Source: Mobula birostris (Eukaryota). Taken from it: a stretch of 64,000 bases of DNA. The notes beneath the pieces are model-generated. The model had not been told where the DNA came from, made no database searches, and worked only from the letters and a program-made list of their open reading frames with translations. The stretch lies in contig NC_092397.1 of NCBI RefSeq assembly GCF_030028105.1, positions 28,983,097 to 29,047,096 on the forward strand, in the 5' to 3' direction. Both the position numbers and the translations under genes were made by a program. Each line of letters opens with the position of its first letter. The stretch's first letter is position 1. Below, in pieces: positions 63,560 to 64,000 of this stretch.

Positions 63560-64000
63560 TCACTCAGGTCGCTGCTCACTGACAAACTGCCTGTTGCTGT
63601 CTCCTTTTATACACAGCGCCCCGACCTGCCCGAGAAACGCGCAGAGAGACAGAGGCGGGGAGGGGAGGAGACAGAGTCAGAGTGACGGACAGAGCCGAGA
63701 GCGGCCTCTCATCGTCCAGCTCCACCTTCACTTTACCACAACCGCCAATTTCCAACGATTCATCCGACACAAAGCGCTCCAGCGAAAAACAAAACTCCCT
63801 CACACACAGTCTGAAAAGAACGAGAGCCAATGTCAGGCTAATAAACATGGTGGGACTGATGGGCTGAAATGAGTTTATTTCAACACTAGGAGTACTATGT
63901 TATCGGACGGACAGGGCTGGCAGCTCAACATTCCTGGGTTTCATTGTTTTACATGTGAGTGGGAGGTTAAAAATGCAGAGGTTACCTCACTGGGAATGTC

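Overview
Vertebrate genomic DNA, most likely a cartilaginous fish (ray or shark). This is inferred from HER1/HE1-type CR1 3' tails, abundant Penelope-derived short elements and the zinc-finger exon style. The window is a transposon-riddled replication-dependent histone cluster with seven intact intronless genes carrying 3' stem-loops: H4(+), H3(+), H1(-), H2A(-), H2B(-), H2B(-), H4(-). It also holds a truncated H3 pseudogene and two orphan histone promoters (H2A-type, H4-type) whose genes are missing. Most other sequence is nested CR1, Rex1/Babar, L1/Tx1, I/Nimb, Penelope, Tc1 and hAT debris; one CR1 has an uninterrupted 1010-aa ORF2. The most notable observations are: (1) an 83-bp (not 84-bp) C2H2 zinc-finger tandem array in which all 11 fingers are frameshifted at the linker; (2) about nine minimal, dimer-type hammerhead ribozyme motifs in Penelope ends, including a back-to-back pair; (3) two paralogous, convergent CpG-island promoter/first-exon modules (TGATTGACAG + CRE + RFX X-box + splice donor) plus a shared downstream conserved block, flanking the H4-H3-H1 core with no visible coding exon. 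All calls were made by eye, and TE boundaries are approximate.
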